Shown here piece by piece: positions 60,924 to 64,000 of a DNA stretch of 64,000 nucleotides (position 1 is its first letter; each line of letters starts with the position of its first letter). The stretch comes from Dethiosulfovibrio peptidovorans (lineage in GTDB: Bacteria > Synergistota > Synergistia > Synergistales > Dethiosulfovibrionaceae). The notes beneath the pieces were generated by a model. The model worked only from the letters and a program-made list of their open reading frames with translations, did not search any database and was not told the origin of the DNA. Made by a program: the position numbers and the translations under genes. Where the stretch lies: the NCBI GenBank assembly GCA_002748665.1, contig PDTB01000031.1:890-64889 (forward strand). The letters run 5' to 3'.

Positions 60924-61750
60924 GCCTCCCTTTGATCGAAAAGCTCCATGGAATGCTTTTCCTCATCTTTATACTGCTTCAGTCTTGCCATGAACTCGTC
61001 CCAGTCGACGGTCCATCCGTCGAACTCCGGTCCCTGGCAGCAGGCAAACTTCACCTCATCGTTTACGGTAACTCGGCAGCAACCGCACATCCCTGTGCCG
61101 TCGATCATGATGGGATTGAGGGAGACCCAACACGGGATTTTAAGTTCCCGAGCTTTTATGGATGAGAATTTCATCATGATGGATGGGCCAATCGCCCAAG
61201 AACAATCGATATGCTCCCCTCTCTCTGCAAGCATATCCATTGCGGTGGTGACCACGCCTTTGATCCCCTCGGAGCCATCGTCGGTAGTTATAATCAGCTC
61301 GTCTGAATATTTGCCACACTCATCTTTCATTATGACAAGGTCGGAGGTCCGTCCTCCCAAGATGGTGATGACCTTATTCCCCGCCAATTTGAGTGCCTTT
61401 AGTATGGGGTAGAGAGCGGCAATCCCGACTCCTCCGCCGATCATAAGAACCGTTCCGTATTTTTCTATCTCGCTGGGGGTTCCCAATGGTCCCAGTATAT
61501 CGATAATAGACTCACCGACATCCAGACAGCTTAACTCACGCGTCGTTTTTCCGACGACCTGGAATATGATTCGAATTTTGCCGCCTTCAGGGTCATAATC
61601 GGCTACGGTTAAAGGGATACGCTCCCCGTGGTTGTTGGGACGCAGAACGCAGAATTGCCCTGGTTTTCCGTTCTTGGCGATGTTGGGAGCCTGAACCCAT
61701 ATGTCAAACTCGCCCTCCATAATACATTTTTTTTCGAGTATTTTAAACAT
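60920..61750 (-). CDS. nfnA: Ferredoxin-NADP reductase-like FAD/[2Fe-2S] subunit (NfnA/SudB/PyrK type)
   Basis: RIPLTVADY FAD motif, MIGGGVGIA, and the C-terminal cluster CGCCRV...CCQGP. 4-nt overlap with the downstream partner. Confidence 0.8.
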   Translation of the reverse strand: MFKILEKKCIMEGEFDIWVQAPNIAKNGKPGQFCVLRPNNHGERIPLTVADYDPEGGKIRIIFQVVGKTTRELSCLDVGESIIDILGPLGTPSEIEKYGTVLMIGGGVGIAALYPILKALKLAGNKVITILGGRTSDLVIMKDECGKYSDELIITTDDGSEGIKGVVTTAMDMLAERGEHIDCSWAIGPSIMMKFSSIKARELKIPCWVSLNPIMIDGTGMCGCCRVTVNDEVKFACCQGPEFDGWTVDWDEFMARLKQYKDEEKHSMELFDQREA

Positions 61751-61959
61751 TTTCCCCCTCCTACTAGATTGTATCCATTGACGTTACTTTGCTGACCACA
61801 GTATAAAGAAAACCCCTCTCCAATAGCATGCATTATACACTATCATGTCTATTTTTTCACGATGTTTGTATTTAATAGAGGTCTGTATTTTCAATACATT
61901 CTTTTTGTGTTTTTTAAAAGTGTGTTTGGAGTATTCCTCTGAGTTTCGCCCAAAATAGT

Positions 61960-61988
61960 TTGGGGTTGGGCTGAGGGCATAGTATAAT
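61960..61988 (+). promoter_or_regulatory. Candidate promoter of pgi (TTGGGG-17 nt-TATAAT)
   Basis: Perfect -10 with 17-nt spacing, 37 nt upstream of the start codon. Confidence 0.4.
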
Positions 61989-62024
61989 GAATAAAAAACA
62001 AACATTTGATAAGGAGGGCTTGTC

Positions 62025-63362
62025 ATGTTCAGCATGACCTTTTTTAACGGTAAAATTCCAAGTGTGGAAGATCGATTAAAGATAAAGGAGGCAGCCCACT
62101 GGATAGAGCAAGGGATGGAAGAGAGAAAGGAGGGGTTTGGTTGGCTTTGGCTGCCGAGCGAGGATCCTGCGGTTCTCTTAGAGGTGGCGCAGTGGCTTCG
62201 CTCTTTTAATGCGCTGGTCCAAGTCGGTATCGGTGGATCTTCTTTGGGAAACCTGATGCTTCACCAAGCCCTGCTTCCGCCGTATTACAACGAGCTATCC
62301 ACGGAGCAGCGTGGGGCTCCTCGTTTTTACATGGCGGATAATCTGGACGAGGAGGAGAATCAGGCCATCTGGAACGCTCTGGATCTGGATCGATCAGGGT
62401 TTATCGTCGTGAGCAAATCCGGTCGAACATTGGAGACTATGGCGAATTTCCTTTTTTTCTGGGAGCGGCTGAAAGATCGGCTGGGTCCCAAGGCTGCCTC
62501 GAGGGTGGTCGTGATCACCGATCAGAAAGCAGGGCTCCTTCGGCAGTTTGTCTTGGAAACTGGGTGCCGCAGTCTCTCCCTCCCTAGGGATGTGGGGGGG
62601 CGTTACTCGGTTCTCTCGTCCGTCGGGCTCCTCTCCGCTGCGGCTTTGGGTATTGATGTGCGGGGACTGCTTATGGGAGCTTCAAAGGCTCACGATGCTC
62701 TTTTAGAGAAGAAAGACTTTGACGAAAACCCGGGGTGGTCGCTGGCGTGGAACCTCTATCGTCAGTTGGAGATGAAGCGTTCCACCACGGTGTTTATGCC
62801 CTACGGTGATCGAATGGAGCGGCTTGCCGAGTGGTTCTGTCAACTGTGGGCTGAGAGCTTGGGCAAAGAGGGAATGGGTTTTACTCCTCAGAGAGCTTTG
62901 GGAGCTGTGGATCAACACTCCCAGCTTCAACTCTATTCCCAGGGTCCTGACGACAAGTGTTACGTTGTTGTGGGGCTGGAGCCTCGAAAAAGTTCACCGC
63001 TGAAGATTGGCGATGAACTGTGCCTTCAGGAGTTGGCCTATATGGGTGACCTGTCCCAACAGGAACTCTTGAGCCACGAGCGACGAGCGGTGATGGCTGT
63101 TCTTGCCGGCGAGGGGAAGCCTGTCTTTTCGATTACCATGGAGAGATTAGACGCTCGTACCCTGGGTGGGCTGATCTTTTTCCTCGAATACGTGACGGCT
63201 CTGACTGGGCGGCTCATGAACGTTCAGCCCTTTGACCAGCCTGGTGTCGAGTTGGGAAAAAAATTTGCCAACGGATTAGCCGGTCGCAAGGAGGACCAGA
63301 CATACGCTGAGATCGTGAGAGAGGTGGAGGAGCGAACCCTGACGACGAAGGTAGAGCTCTGA
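62025..63362 (+). CDS. pgi: Glucose-6-phosphate isomerase (short bacterial/archaeal type)
   Basis: VGIGGSSLG, VVSKSGRTLET, GGRYSVLS, DQHSQLQL motifs. AAGGAGG RBS. Confidence 0.9.
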   Translation: MFSMTFFNGKIPSVEDRLKIKEAAHWIEQGMEERKEGFGWLWLPSEDPAVLLEVAQWLRSFNALVQVGIGGSSLGNLMLHQALLPPYYNELSTEQRGAPRFYMADNLDEEENQAIWNALDLDRSGFIVVSKSGRTLETMANFLFFWERLKDRLGPKAASRVVVITDQKAGLLRQFVLETGCRSLSLPRDVGGRYSVLSSVGLLSAAALGIDVRGLLMGASKAHDALLEKKDFDENPGWSLAWNLYRQLEMKRSTTVFMPYGDRMERLAEWFCQLWAESLGKEGMGFTPQRALGAVDQHSQLQLYSQGPDDKCYVVVGLEPRKSSPLKIGDELCLQELAYMGDLSQQELLSHERRAVMAVLAGEGKPVFSITMERLDARTLGGLIFFLEYVTALTGRLMNVQPFDQPGVELGKKFANGLAGRKEDQTYAEIVREVEERTLTTKVEL

Positions 63363-63364
63363 GG

Positions 63365-64000
63365 TTAAGGCTCCTCAAGCACCCATCGATCCTTCTCGTC
63401 TATGGACCGAAGGGCGTGAAGGATATTTTGCCGGATATCGGGAAAACGAGTCTGAAGCTCTGCCATGAGAGATTTGGTTCGGCTGCGCTCGGTTTTGAGG
63501 GAAAAGGGACATGTGTAGGGGAGCAGGGGAAGCTCCAAACGTCGAACCTCGTCGAGAATGGCTTTTTCCGTGAGATAGATCAGAGGACGAATCACCGTAA
63601 CCCCTGAATTGCTCTGCCAAAGCTTAGGTTGAAAGGCCCGAAAGCGACCGGTCCGAAAAAGATTCATAAGGGCAGTCTCCACGGCATCGTCGAGACTGTG
63701 CCCCAGGGCTACGACGGCAGCGTCCATTTCCTTGATGGTACTGTTGAGGATTCCTCGTCTCATGTTGGCGCAGAAGCTGCAGGGAGATCGTTCATCTCGC
63801 AGGCTCATGATATCCTCTATGGGGTGGCGCACGACCCGATAAGGGATACCTAACCTCTCGCAGAAATTGGTCATGGGGGCTACGTTCCAACGTCCTCCAG
63901 TGACGTCCACCGTGCATGCTGAGAGCCGAAACGACACGGGACTCCATCTTTGAATGGATTTTAAGGCACTCAAGAGAAACACGCTGTCTTTTCCTCCCGA
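63365..64000 (-). CDS. PP-loop ATPase, tRNA 2-thiocytidine synthase (TtcA)-like; N-terminus lies beyond the window end
   Basis: The SGGKDS PP-loop is encoded by the last 18 nt of the window. ...CSFCANMRRG..., ALGHSLDD..ET..MN are typical of the TtcA family. Confidence 0.8.
   Translation of the reverse strand, partial: SGGKDSVFLLSALKSIQRWSPVSFRLSACTVDVTGGRWNVAPMTNFCERLGIPYRVVRHPIEDIMSLRDERSPCSFCANMRRGILNSTIKEMDAAVVALGHSLDDAVETALMNLFRTGRFRAFQPKLWQSNSGVTVIRPLIYLTEKAILDEVRRLELPLLPYTCPFSLKTERSRTKSLMAELQTRFPDIRQNILHALRSIDEKDRWVLEEP

Overview
This 64-kb window is bacterial chromosome, moderately GC-rich in its core genes (hand counts of a few 60-nt lines give about 55-62% GC). It carries anaerobe hallmarks: class III RNR nrdD/nrdG, an NfnAB-like oxidoreductase pair, an Fe-alcohol dehydrogenase and probable selenocysteine use. 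The gene content would fit an amino-acid-fermenting anaerobe, possibly Synergistota-like, but taxonomy cannot be established from the sequence alone.

Housekeeping blocks:
- tex, thiD-thiM-thiE plus a macro-domain gene, and an ABC-F ATPase
- a tRNA operon (Val-Asp-Phe-Gly) and the SRP RNA
- rpsB-tsf-pyrH-frr and pgi

Accessory content:
- two visibly AT-rich islands, each pairing an amino-acid symporter with a class V PLP enzyme
- a NitT/TauT-type ABC importer
- a decayed stretch holding a frameshifted nitrilase, a cI/Cro-like switch and a transposase stub
- a 13-gene FTR1/P19 iron-uptake cluster joined to two MacB-type ABC modules and an ApbE/FMN_bind flavinylation module

Main finding: the class III RNR appears to be split. 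The large NrdD ORF ends just after its zinc ribbon with no glycyl-radical loop. nrdG follows, and then a 46-codon ORF (51928..52068, minus strand, below the ORF-track cutoff) encodes a canonical-looking NrdD glycyl-radical segment.

Other notable items:
- a signal-peptide ORF with an in-frame UGA followed directly by Cys (candidate selenoprotein)
- an orphan tRNA-Asn-like 3' half abutting tRNA-Gly
- a frameshifted panB
- a 58-aa membrane ORF coupled to an HExxH SprA-related gene
- several repeat and operator-like motifs

No CRISPR array, rRNA or intact mobile element was seen. All family assignments come from motif recognition by eye and need profile searches to confirm.
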